Virus record (IMG/VR): IMGVR_UViG_3300017913_001833
Coordinates: 1-64,000 of that record
DNA: 64,000 bases
Source of the DNA: a virus
Lineage: Duplodnaviria > Caudoviricetes
Strand: one strand, 5' to 3'
Below the pieces are notes generated by a model. It made no database searches, had not been told where the DNA came from, and saw nothing but the letters and a program-made list of their open reading frames with translations. A program made the translations under genes and the position numbers. Below, piece by piece: positions 39,366-49,029 of the stretch. Numbering within the stretch: the first letter of the stretch is position 1; each line of letters begins with the position of its first letter.

Positions 39366-40175
39366 ATGGACCATTACAACACGTTAGGTGTATCACGCAA
39401 TGCATCTGACTCAGAAATAAAATCCGCTTATAGAAGACTTGCAAAAGAACATCATCCAGATAAAACTGGTGGTGACGATACTCGTTTCAAACAAATAAAT
39501 GAAGCATATGATACTCTAAAAGATCCTCAGCGCAAAGCAGAATACGACAATCCTCAACCACAAGGATTCAATTTTAGATCTAGTGATGTACCTCCAGAGT
39601 TTCAAGATATCTTTAACCAAGCGTTTGGATTTAACAGGAGGCCTATGAAAAACAGAGATGTGCATATTGCACATACTTTGACTTTAGAAGAAGTATATAC
39701 TGGCAAAACTGTTATTGCAAATTACAGACTACGTAATGGACAAAATGAAACTATTGAAATGAATATACCGCCGGGCGTAGATAACAACAGCAGTGTAAGA
39801 TTCAAAGGTTATGGAGAAAATGAAATACCTAATATACCGAGAGGCGATTTAATACTAAAGATTAGAACAAAGCAACATGAAGTGTGGCAAAGAGACGGTA
39901 TGAATATTATGAAAGCAGAATATGTAAATGCTATTGATCTAATATTAGGCACAGATATTACAGTAGCATTGCCAAACAATAGGAGTATAAATTTAAAAAT
40001 TCCAACAGCAACAAAAACAGGCACAACTTTTAGTATTGGGGGATATGGTTTGCCAAATATCAAGACAGGCAAACAAGGGAATGTGTATATAAGAATAGAA
40101 GCAGAAATTCCTAAATTAAAAAGTAATAAATTGACAAAAGAACTTCGTGCGTTTAGAAACAAATTGGCTAAATGA
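39366..40175 (+). CDS. dnaJ: DnaJ-family co-chaperone (J domain plus C-terminal domain, no Zn finger)
   Basis: HPD motif, F..INEAY.TL.D..R..YD, LTLEE.Y.G, GDL. Confidence 0.9.
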   Translation: MDHYNTLGVSRNASDSEIKSAYRRLAKEHHPDKTGGDDTRFKQINEAYDTLKDPQRKAEYDNPQPQGFNFRSSDVPPEFQDIFNQAFGFNRRPMKNRDVHIAHTLTLEEVYTGKTVIANYRLRNGQNETIEMNIPPGVDNNSSVRFKGYGENEIPNIPRGDLILKIRTKQHEVWQRDGMNIMKAEYVNAIDLILGTDITVALPNNRSINLKIPTATKTGTTFSIGGYGLPNIKTGKQGNVYIRIEAEIPKLKSNKLTKELRAFRNKLAK

Positions 40176-40179
40176 CAAC

Positions 40180-40208
40180 TTGATTTTATGGCACAAATAT
40201 AGTATAGT
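40180..40208 (+). promoter_or_regulatory. Sigma70-type promoter, probably leaderless
   Basis: TTGATT-N17-TATAGT, ATG 6 nt downstream. Confidence 0.55.
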
Positions 40209-40214
40209 AGCACA

Positions 40215-40766
40215 ATGAAACAATTAATGGATTATGTTAAAGTATATGATGTGTTTGATGCACAGTTTTGCGACGATGTTGTTGCACAACTGCAAGATGA
40301 TTGGATGAAGCATGGCTTTTACTTACATGATGAAAAGAAACGCATAAGCACAGACGACGATTTATATGTAAGTCATCAGGAAACTGAGCATAGTGCATAC
40401 ATAGGTAAAGAATTATTCAAACCTTTACGCAAGTATATAGATGATGTAGACTTACCTAGTTTACAAGGTTGGGACGGTTACTTGGGTATACGTTATAACA
40501 AATATGAAGTTGGACAAAAGATGCATTGGCATGCAGATCGAGTACAACAAATGTTTGATGGAGAAAGAAAAGGCATACCTACACTAAGTATTGTAGGTGC
40601 ATTGAATGATGATTATGAAGGTGGTGACTTTGTAATGCTAAAGGATGAAGTAGTAGCAATGCCTAAAGGTAGTGTGCTAATTTTTCCTAGTACATTTATG
40701 TATATTCACACAGTTACACCTGTAACAAAAGGGACTCGTTTTTCATACGTGAGTTGGTTATGGTAG
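40215..40766 (+). CDS. Prolyl-4-hydroxylase-like 2OG-Fe(II) oxygenase
   Basis: WHAD, LNDDYEGG, IFPS..YIH.V.PV.KG.R.S. Confidence 0.88.
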   Translation: MKQLMDYVKVYDVFDAQFCDDVVAQLQDDWMKHGFYLHDEKKRISTDDDLYVSHQETEHSAYIGKELFKPLRKYIDDVDLPSLQGWDGYLGIRYNKYEVGQKMHWHADRVQQMFDGERKGIPTLSIVGALNDDYEGGDFVMLKDEVVAMPKGSVLIFPSTFMYIHTVTPVTKGTRFSYVSWLW

Positions 40767-40788
40767 TAAATACAGTAAGAGGAAACAA

Positions 40789-43026
40789 ATGGTAGAACCA
40801 TCAAAAGAATTACAACTTGTATACGATAAAGCAGTAAAAGATGCTGTAAAGTTAAAGCATGAATATGTTACACTTGAGCATCTATTATTTGCTATGATGT
40901 GTAGTGATAACTTTTACAAGTTAATCAAAGGTTACGGTGCGGATGTTGATTACATTAAAAGTAATCTTGAACACTTCTTAAAAAATAACCTAGAAGATAT
41001 TGTCACTGATGCAGAAAAATACAAGCCTAAAAAGACAGCAACAGTGGAACGTGTTTTGAATCGAGCGTTTACACAAGTTCTTTTCAATGGACGTAGCGAT
41101 ATCCAACTGACAGATGTTGCTCTGAGTATGCTAAGTGAGCAAAAAACACATGCTAACTTTTTCCTAACCAAAGGTGGTGTAGAAAAAGAAGGCTTTGCTG
41201 ATTACGTAAGTGGTGAAAGTGCAGACATAGAAGATGGCCAACTTACTGGTGAAGCACAAAAAGCACTAAATGCGTTTACAACTAATCTTAATAAAAGCGT
41301 AAAGAAAGAAAAAATTGATCCTGTTATTGGTAGGCAAGAAGAACTTGAAAGTCTTGCACTAGCACTTGGACGTAGAGCAAAGAATAATGTTTTACTTGTA
41401 GGTGATCCAGGCGTTGGTAAAACTGCAATCGCAGAAGGACTTGCATGGAACATCGTAAATGATAATGTACCGGAATTTTTGAAAGAATACGAAGTATATA
41501 ATCTTGATATTGGTAGTATGCTTGCTGGTTCAAAGTATCGCGGCGACTTTGAAGAACGATTTAAACTTGTTCTTGCAGGCTTGCGTGGTAAAGGTAAAAC
41601 AATTATGTTTATTGACGAAGCACATATGATAAGTGGTGCTGGCTCAGGTGGAGGCAACAGTGCAAATGACCTTGCTAATATGTTAAAGCCTGCATTAAGC
41701 AAAGGCAATATTAAAGTTGTTGCAAGCACAACTTGGGAAGAGTATAGGAAGTACTTCGAAAAAGACCGTGCATTGATGCGCCGCTTCCAACGTGTTACTG
41801 TAGACGAACCTACACCCGAAGTAACTAAACAAATCTTAACTGGTATCAAAAAATATTATGAAGAGTTTCATAACGTTGGTATTACAGATGAAGCTATTGA
41901 TGAAGCAATCAAGCTGAGTGTAAAATATCAACCTGATAAGAAACTGCCTGATAAAGCAATTGACTTGATCGATGTAGCATGTTCGCGTTTTAATATTACT
42001 AAAACTAAAAAGAGAAGAGTGTATGTTAAGAACATACAATTTGAATTAAGTAAAATGGTAAAAATTGACGAAGAACAAATTGCACAAAAAGAAACACAAA
42101 ATCTTAAAAACCTTGAACGCACTCTCAAAGGTGTTGTGTACGGACAAGATGAAGCAATTGAAGGTATTGTAGATAAAATACTTGTTGCACAAGCAGGATT
42201 GAAACCAGATGATAAGCCTGTGGGTAGTTTTGTGTTTATGGGACCAACTGGCACAGGTAAAACAGAAACTGCAAAACAACTTGCTATTGCATTAGGTGTA
42301 GAACTTGTGCGTTTTGATATGAGTGAATATCAAGAAAAGCATAGTATTGCAAAACTTATTGGTTCACCTCCAGGTTATGTAGGACACGAAGATACAAGTG
42401 GCTTGCTGATCGAAAAACTACAAGAAAATCCTAACTGTGTGTTACTGTTAGACGAAGTAGAAAAAGCACATCCAGATGTATCACAGATCTTACTACAGGT
42501 TATGGACAACGGTAAAGTTACAAGTTCTAATGGTAAAGAAGCTGATGCACGTAATTGTGTTCTTATCCTTACAACTAATCTAGGAGCACAAGAAGCAGAG
42601 AAAAACTCTATTGGTTTTGACGCACCTGAGCGTGAATACGAAGATGAAGAACTAAACAAGTTTTTCAAACCAGAGTTCCGCAACAGACTTGATGCTACAA
42701 TTACATTTGCAAAACTTGGTAAAGAAGTAATGCTTAAAATTGTTGGTAAGTTTTTAGTAGAACTTAAAGACATGGTTAAAGATAAGAACGTCAATATAGA
42801 AATTACAGATGAAGCACTTGATTTGCTTGTAGAAAAAGGATTCAACAAGAAGATGGGTGCAAGACCTTTACAACGTGTAATTGACAAGGATATCAAACGT
42901 CCTCTTTCAAGAGAGTTATTGTTTGGTAAACTAACTAATGGTGGCAATATTAAAATTGATGTTGTAAAAGGTGAACTTGTAGTTAAGGCAACAAAGGAGG
43001 TAGTTAGTGAAGAATGTGGAGACTAG
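40789..43026 (+). CDS. clpA: ATP-dependent Clp protease ATPase subunit ClpA
   Basis: Clp N-domain (HEYVTLEHLL), two AAA+ modules (GDPGVGKT, GPTGTGKT), IGF ClpP-docking loop, no ClpB M-domain; TAAATA at 40767. Confidence 0.92.
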   Translation: MVEPSKELQLVYDKAVKDAVKLKHEYVTLEHLLFAMMCSDNFYKLIKGYGADVDYIKSNLEHFLKNNLEDIVTDAEKYKPKKTATVERVLNRAFTQVLFNGRSDIQLTDVALSMLSEQKTHANFFLTKGGVEKEGFADYVSGESADIEDGQLTGEAQKALNAFTTNLNKSVKKEKIDPVIGRQEELESLALALGRRAKNNVLLVGDPGVGKTAIAEGLAWNIVNDNVPEFLKEYEVYNLDIGSMLAGSKYRGDFEERFKLVLAGLRGKGKTIMFIDEAHMISGAGSGGGNSANDLANMLKPALSKGNIKVVASTTWEEYRKYFEKDRALMRRFQRVTVDEPTPEVTKQILTGIKKYYEEFHNVGITDEAIDEAIKLSVKYQPDKKLPDKAIDLIDVACSRFNITKTKKRRVYVKNIQFELSKMVKIDEEQIAQKETQNLKNLERTLKGVVYGQDEAIEGIVDKILVAQAGLKPDDKPVGSFVFMGPTGTGKTETAKQLAIALGVELVRFDMSEYQEKHSIAKLIGSPPGYVGHEDTSGLLIEKLQENPNCVLLLDEVEKAHPDVSQILLQVMDNGKVTSSNGKEADARNCVLILTTNLGAQEAEKNSIGFDAPEREYEDEELNKFFKPEFRNRLDATITFAKLGKEVMLKIVGKFLVELKDMVKDKNVNIEITDEALDLLVEKGFNKKMGARPLQRVIDKDIKRPLSRELLFGKLTNGGNIKIDVVKGELVVKATKEVVSEECGD

Positions 43027-43669
43027 AAAACTTTTCTTCGGAAAGTATCTCTACAAGATAACACTAATGAATGTTCTTGGCACAATATTCCGTGGCAAGA
43101 ACTTTACCAACGCTGGCGAAGTATTAGATCAATTACAACAAGATTATGAAAATGGTCAACCATTAAAACGTAAATCTTGGAGTAAGGAATATAATATCCC
43201 TGTTACACATTTTACAGATTGTCAAATAATCTATAATGTATGTCAAAAATGGGACGATTTCTTGTTTAGAATAGAAGGCCCTAACTTTGGTATCTACACT
43301 AACACAAAAGAAAACTTACTTAACCTAAGCACAAAACTAAAAACAATATCAGAGTTCCACGAACCAGATCCTGCTATTGTTGATCTACTAGACAACAACA
43401 TTTTAATTGTTGACGAAGAGCCCTTGTACAAATACAAAGTTTATTTAAGCGACAAAGCAACGCCAGGCTTTGCTAGATGGGCAGAAGCAAACAAAGATAA
43501 AATAAAACTAGGACACACCCTACAAAGAGAAATAGAAAACAGTGGTTATTTGCGTGGATTCTATTTTTGGGTAAAAGATGATAAGGTATTACTGTTAGTC
43601 AAGATGATAATAGGGGGCAATATACAGCGTATAGATAAACTTGTCTCCAAAGCAAATCTAGATAAATAA
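43007..43669 (+). CDS. Hypothetical protein
   Basis: AGGAGG RBS, GTG start. Confidence 0.75.
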   Translation: MKNVETRKLFFGKYLYKITLMNVLGTIFRGKNFTNAGEVLDQLQQDYENGQPLKRKSWSKEYNIPVTHFTDCQIIYNVCQKWDDFLFRIEGPNFGIYTNTKENLLNLSTKLKTISEFHEPDPAIVDLLDNNILIVDEEPLYKYKVYLSDKATPGFARWAEANKDKIKLGHTLQREIENSGYLRGFYFWVKDDKVLLLVKMIIGGNIQRIDKLVSKANLDK

Positions 43670-43673
43670 CAGT

Positions 43674-44039
43674 ATGCCGAGTACAAGTGAAACAATTTTA
43701 TCAAATCAAAATCATCCAGCTGATAGCACCACTAAAACAGTTACTGGTGACAAATTCAAAGGCGATGGTTATTATGGACGCAGTGATGGATTGCATACTG
43801 TGCAATACACTGTTGACGGGTTCCAAGGAACTATAGACATAGAAGCTACACTAGCAACTAATCCCACAGCAGACGACTATTTTGTAGTTACAAGTGCGCA
43901 ACATGTGAGTGCAAATGATAGTTCAGATAACGCAAACGGCAGTTTCATTTACAATTTCACGGGTAACTATGTTTGGGTTAGAGCTAAAATACACACTTGG
44001 ACAGATGGCAATGTAGACAGTATTACACTGAATCACTAA
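43674..44039 (+). CDS. Small virion-associated protein, beta-rich
   Basis: TAAATA 5 nt before ATG; NFTGNYVWVRA motif. Confidence 0.6.
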   Translation: MPSTSETILSNQNHPADSTTKTVTGDKFKGDGYYGRSDGLHTVQYTVDGFQGTIDIEATLATNPTADDYFVVTSAQHVSANDSSDNANGSFIYNFTGNYVWVRAKIHTWTDGNVDSITLNH

Positions 44040-44050
44040 GGAAGGCACAA

Positions 44051-46183
44051 ATGCAAAATTTTGTAAGCGTTATTTTAAACACAAAAAAATTAGACGAACA
44101 TGCTGTTGTAGAAGCAATGCTGCAAAGTTTAGGTGCACCATTAGCAGAACGTGAAACTGAATATGGACTATTTGAAAGTGAAAACGAAAGCATAGTTGTA
44201 AGACTAGAAACACCCTACGAACTAGATGATGAAGAAAGTGATGCATTTGCACAAGCATTTGCTGATCGTATGTTTGAAATGGGTTATGATGACTTCGAAA
44301 TAGAAACAAGTTTAGAAGAAGCACTAGATGCAAAACTTAATGCTGCAATTAAGGCTATTAATAGCATGGGCAGTATGTGGAAGAAAGTAAAAAAAGGTAG
44401 TGTAAATAGTCCAGAAGTAAAAACAATACAACAAGCTCTAAATCAATTAGGTTTCAAAGCAGGTAAAGCAGACGGTTGGTTTGGTAAGAAAACAGCAAAC
44501 GCAGTAAGAGCTTTTCAAAAATCAAAAGGATTAACAGTAGACGGCGATCCAGGACCTATCACACTAAAGGCTATGTTGAACGCTGTGCTTACACCACGTT
44601 TAGATAAAAAAGGCGCAACACCAAAAGTAGTTACTAAGCCAGAAGTACCTGTGGGTGACTTATCAAATAAATTAGATGGAAAAGACGGCGAAATTAGAAA
44701 TCCTGGTTATAAAAAAGACATGGCAGATATTGCTGCATACAAAGTTGTAAAAGGCAGTGGACAAGGACGTAGATACAAAGTATTTGACAAAGACGGAAAT
44801 GAAATTGCAAACGGTAGAGGACCTGGTCCAACTAATGTTCCAACCAAAGACGAGTACGATGCTAAGAACACAAGTAATAATCCTAAGGCTATGACAGACA
44901 TAGGCGGTGGGTTTGGTTCAAGTATGGCTGGAATAGATGAGCCGCCAGTTGCAATAGCTGACTTTAGTAAAGTTAGCAAGCCAGAAGATTCAATTAAAAT
45001 TGCAAAAGATGCCATTGCTAAAGCAAGAGAAGATGGCAACTTAGAACAGATAGCGCAAATTGCAAGCGCAAGTTTAGCAAACATGCCAAACATCCAAACA
45101 CCAGTAGAAAAGGCCGAAATTGCAAAGAAAGTTATTGCACAAATTGACGACAGTGAATTAAGCAATCCAGCAGTACTAGCAGCTCTTGCTCCTGCACAAC
45201 TTGCAGTTGATGTAGTAGATGCAGGAACAGATGAAACAAAATTACAAGCCGCATTAGAAAAATTTACTGTAGATGTTTTCCCAGAAGCTATACCAGCACC
45301 TATAAGAAGTAAGGTGCCACCAGAAGAAGTTGCAGAACGCAGTGCAGAAGTTATTATAAAGAAAGCACAAGAAGAAGGCTTAATGAGCCAGTTTGAAGAT
45401 CCAAGTAAAGCAGTATCAATTATTCAAGCACAGGTTGAAGAATTAGCAAAAGCAGATGATAAGGCAGACGGAACACTTAGTTCAAGACTAGATAAAAAAG
45501 GTGAAACACCTGAAGAAGACCCAGACGCTAATGATCCTAGAAAAGGAAGTGACGACACTGGTTCAAGAGGTGAAAAACCAAAAGAAGGTCCAGATGTAGA
45601 TGAGCTTTCACAAGACCTAAGAGGTGCTATGAAAGGTATTGGTACTACAGAAGAAGAAGTTGCTGATGCATTAAGTCAAATCACAAGTGAAGAAGAATGG
45701 GAAGAACTTCAAAATGCATACGAAGATGAGTATGAAAGAGAATTACTTGCAGATTTAAGAAGCGAACTAAACAGAAGAGATTTTAAAAAGTATGTGCAAG
45801 ATGCACTTCCAGATGATATCGATGTACCTTACAGAATATCAAGAACTGAAAGCGTAGGAAACTTTGAAGAAACGTATGATGGAGACGAATTCTACGAAGT
45901 TTATGGTTGGATAGGTTCACCTGATGAAGACCAAGACTTATGGGAAGCAGAATATCGTGGACGTAAAGTTAAACTAAACAAACCTATGCGCGGCGATGTT
46001 AAGAAGTTTAAAGTATATGTTAAGAATAAAAAGGGTAATGTAATAAAAGTTAACTTTGGTGATCCTAACATGAAGATTAAAAAGTCTAATCCTGCACGTA
46101 GAAGAAGTTTCCGTGCTAGACACAACTGTGACAACCCGGGACCAAAGACAAAGGCAAGATATTGGAGCTGTAGAAAATGGTAA
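44051..46183 (+). CDS. Multidomain putative head-internal protein: PG-binding domain, annexin-like repeat, basic C-terminal domain
   Basis: VKTIQQALNQLG..DGWFG..T..AV..FQ..GL.VDG..GP; LRGAMKGIGTTEE; FGD...RRRSFRARHNC..ARYWSC. Confidence 0.7.
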   Translation: MQNFVSVILNTKKLDEHAVVEAMLQSLGAPLAERETEYGLFESENESIVVRLETPYELDDEESDAFAQAFADRMFEMGYDDFEIETSLEEALDAKLNAAIKAINSMGSMWKKVKKGSVNSPEVKTIQQALNQLGFKAGKADGWFGKKTANAVRAFQKSKGLTVDGDPGPITLKAMLNAVLTPRLDKKGATPKVVTKPEVPVGDLSNKLDGKDGEIRNPGYKKDMADIAAYKVVKGSGQGRRYKVFDKDGNEIANGRGPGPTNVPTKDEYDAKNTSNNPKAMTDIGGGFGSSMAGIDEPPVAIADFSKVSKPEDSIKIAKDAIAKAREDGNLEQIAQIASASLANMPNIQTPVEKAEIAKKVIAQIDDSELSNPAVLAALAPAQLAVDVVDAGTDETKLQAALEKFTVDVFPEAIPAPIRSKVPPEEVAERSAEVIIKKAQEEGLMSQFEDPSKAVSIIQAQVEELAKADDKADGTLSSRLDKKGETPEEDPDANDPRKGSDDTGSRGEKPKEGPDVDELSQDLRGAMKGIGTTEEEVADALSQITSEEEWEELQNAYEDEYERELLADLRSELNRRDFKKYVQDALPDDIDVPYRISRTESVGNFEETYDGDEFYEVYGWIGSPDEDQDLWEAEYRGRKVKLNKPMRGDVKKFKVYVKNKKGNVIKVNFGDPNMKIKKSNPARRRSFRARHNCDNPGPKTKARYWSCRKW

Positions 46184-46506
46184 AAATATTAGAATTTAGT
46201 CATGCGGATGATTTAGGTTACAATCTTGTAGATGATGCAATAGTCTACATGCAAAACAACCCAATGTTTTATCGTAAACATTACTTTCCTGCAATGACAA
46301 AATGTCAAGACGCCTATCGCGAAGGTAAGAAGATTGATATGGCAAGTGTTATAAAGCCTATGATTGAACAAGGCTGTACAGCATATTGCAATGCATATAA
46401 AATAGGTAAACATCCTGAAGAAGTATTCCGTCCTGAAGAAAGACAAGGCTTATACGACAGAATTTACGAATTAGAAATGCCAAGGATCGAAGCAGGTGAG
46501 TACTGA
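46177..46506 (+). CDS. Hypothetical (putative head-internal) protein
   Basis: MVKILEF leader; FYRKHYFP. Confidence 0.65.
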   Translation: MVKILEFSHADDLGYNLVDDAIVYMQNNPMFYRKHYFPAMTKCQDAYREGKKIDMASVIKPMIEQGCTAYCNAYKIGKHPEEVFRPEERQGLYDRIYELEMPRIEAGEY

Positions 46507-47756
46507 TGTTTTTAAGAGAACTATTTGAAGCACCAACAAAAACTGCTGCATTTGCTCTAGGAAGATTAAATCCTGCTACAACAGGACATGAACTTCTTGT
46601 AAATGCCATCAAGCAAGCACCTGGTGATTCTTTTCTCTTTTTAACAGACAGAGCACCTAAACTTCCAACTGATCCACTAAGCGCAGAAGAAAAACTAGAC
46701 TGGGCTCGTAAGAGTTTTGATGGTATTAGTGTGGGAACTGCAAAAACAGTGTTGACAGCCGCTGACAGATTGTATAAAATGGGCTATAGACAAGTAACAT
46801 TTTTAGAAGGCGAGCCAAAACTGTTTAAACTATTACAACAATACAATGGCGTTGAAAAAGAACAGCACAATTTTACATTCGATAAGATAAACTATGTGCA
46901 ACTACAGCGTGATCCAGACGCAGAAGATGCTACAGGGATGAGTGCAAGTAAACTACGTCAAACTGTTGTAGACAACGACTTTGAATCTTTCAAAAAAGGC
47001 GTAACTCAAAGCGCACAACCTTATGCAGAAGAAATGTTTAAGAAGCTACAAGGCTATCTTGGAGTAGACAGTGTTCAAGAAAAGGTTGATCCTGAAATAG
47101 CTACACCAAAAACAATTAAGGTTATGAAACCTATCAATCCACCCAAAGCACCAGATGCAACTATTCCACGTTCAAGAGACGGTCATACAACAAAAGATGG
47201 CACAACATATGTCCAAGACAAATATGACGACAACCTAATGCATGTAAGTGACGGCGGAGGAACATATACATTTGATGGTGCTCGTATGGTAAAGTGGCAA
47301 ACACCTAAAATAGGAGGTTTGCGATACATATACGATTATGTACAACGTAAAATTTATTTAGATCATAATGGTGCTGTTGATATAGGTGACGGTGATGTTA
47401 ACTTTGGCCAACTTGCTGCCTATGATATGGAAGGTAAGCTAATTCAAGGAAGTGGTAGCATTTCGTTTAGTGCAGGCGGGCTTAAAGTAAGTGTTAAACC
47501 AAATGGTTTTGAAATGAGTTATACTGTATCTGATAGATTACAACTAAGAATCAAGAGCAATACAAAAGCACTATCACCTGAAGCACAACAGCAGATTAAA
47601 CAACTTGGACCTCAAATAGATGGAAAAAATCCTGAGCCCATGATTAAATTAGCAAAGATTGCAAAACAATTTGGTGCTAAAGCTCAATGGTTAGACAGTG
47701 GAAGAGCTATTCCATTTAATCAAGGAATAGAAATGATGAGGCAGGCAGGTGGATAA
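46506..47756 (+). CDS. HIGH-family nucleotidyltransferase (cytidyltransferase-like) domain plus unknown domain
   Basis: GRLNPATTGH and GMSASKLR motifs; MFLRELFE leader. Confidence 0.72.
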   Translation: MFLRELFEAPTKTAAFALGRLNPATTGHELLVNAIKQAPGDSFLFLTDRAPKLPTDPLSAEEKLDWARKSFDGISVGTAKTVLTAADRLYKMGYRQVTFLEGEPKLFKLLQQYNGVEKEQHNFTFDKINYVQLQRDPDAEDATGMSASKLRQTVVDNDFESFKKGVTQSAQPYAEEMFKKLQGYLGVDSVQEKVDPEIATPKTIKVMKPINPPKAPDATIPRSRDGHTTKDGTTYVQDKYDDNLMHVSDGGGTYTFDGARMVKWQTPKIGGLRYIYDYVQRKIYLDHNGAVDIGDGDVNFGQLAAYDMEGKLIQGSGSISFSAGGLKVSVKPNGFEMSYTVSDRLQLRIKSNTKALSPEAQQQIKQLGPQIDGKNPEPMIKLAKIAKQFGAKAQWLDSGRAIPFNQGIEMMRQAGG

Positions 47757-47977
47757 TGGATATTAGTACTTTAAAACGTCTTGCTGGTGTAAATGAATAC
47801 AAAGGTTATACAGAGTATAAGCTAGAAGAAAATCCTAGCATCACTGCTGACAAACTAAAGAAAAAAGAAAAGAAGTTGGGACTAAAGCCAGGCGATCCTG
47901 ATTGGTTTAAACTTTGGTTTTCATTACCATATATGACAGGTAACATGCCTGCAGGATTTAGAGGACGTAAAAAATGA
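47756..47977 (+). CDS. Small hypothetical protein
   Basis: LKRLAG; KPGDPDWFKLWF. Confidence 0.7.
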   Translation: MDISTLKRLAGVNEYKGYTEYKLEENPSITADKLKKKEKKLGLKPGDPDWFKLWFSLPYMTGNMPAGFRGRKK

Positions 47978-49029
47978 AGTTTTCTGAATTCAAAGAAGAT
48001 GGTAGAATTGTTAAAGGTGTAAACACTACAGCAGATGTAGGACCTAACGAAATAACAAAACAAGCAGCCAAATTAGGTTTTAAAGTAGATAAAGATGGAC
48101 GTCCTCCTGTACACAGTAAAAAGGTAAAAGGCGGAAGTGCAAACGTTGCTTTTAATTTAGGCCTTACAGAAGCAAAGGAACTTGCTAGTACTTCAGAAAT
48201 ATATGTCGACATGGACGGTGTACTTGCTGATTTCTTCACAGAATGGGGCAAGTTAATGGGCGTAAAAAATTGGTGGGACATTAACAAAGAATTCGACATC
48301 AATGATGCGCTACAGAAGATACGTGACACAGATAATTTTTGGTTAGACTTACCTCTTACAAAAAATGCAACAAACTTATTAAATTTGATTAAAGATATCA
48401 AAGGAAGTTATACTATATTAAGTTCACCTTTGCCAGGTGATAAAAATAGTGAGCCGCACAAAAGGCAATGGATAGAAAAGAATTTAAAATTCTTTCCTCC
48501 TAAAGAAATTTTGATTAGGCATGACAAGGATACGTTTGCAACACAGCCTGATGGCACACCTAACATACTAATTGACGACTACGGTGTTAATGTGCGTAAA
48601 TGGGAAGCAAAGGGTGGAGTAGGATTTAAGCACAAAGATCATAAATTTGAACGCACATCAAAAGCAATAAAACAACATATGCAGGAACCAGTAAAAAACG
48701 AAAGCTATACACGCGATCAACTTCCACAAATAAGGAAAAAAAATTTAAAAAACTTAAAACACACATTAGAATATGTGAATGTTGATAAAATTATTCCAGT
48801 ACAAAAAGAACGTATAATGGATAATTTTAAAACTCAAGTAGACAAAATTGTTGCTGGCGACTACTATCCTATTGTTGTAGATTGTGATAATAAGATTATT
48901 AATGGACATCATCGTTGGGAAGCTGCAAAACTATTAGGATTCGAAGAAATGGCTGTTGCTAAACTTCCTTACAAAATCAGCACTATAGTAGAAAATTGGA
49001 AAGCTCACTGTGCAGGACGTAAGAAATGA
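47974..49029 (+). CDS. Fusion of a HAD 5'-nucleotidase-like domain and a ParB/Srx-like domain
   Basis: VDMDGVLADF, LSS, K, LIDD; PIVVD..IINGHHRWEAA; MKFSEFKE leader. Confidence 0.78.
   Translation: MKFSEFKEDGRIVKGVNTTADVGPNEITKQAAKLGFKVDKDGRPPVHSKKVKGGSANVAFNLGLTEAKELASTSEIYVDMDGVLADFFTEWGKLMGVKNWWDINKEFDINDALQKIRDTDNFWLDLPLTKNATNLLNLIKDIKGSYTILSSPLPGDKNSEPHKRQWIEKNLKFFPPKEILIRHDKDTFATQPDGTPNILIDDYGVNVRKWEAKGGVGFKHKDHKFERTSKAIKQHMQEPVKNESYTRDQLPQIRKKNLKNLKHTLEYVNVDKIIPVQKERIMDNFKTQVDKIVAGDYYPIVVDCDNKIINGHHRWEAAKLLGFEEMAVAKLPYKISTIVENWKAHCAGRKK

Noticed and set aside
40789-43026. Host chromosomal contamination suggested by clpA, dnaJ, fdxA, iscA and psiE
   Set aside because: These genes are interleaved with virion genes and share phage-type promoters, codon style and overlaps
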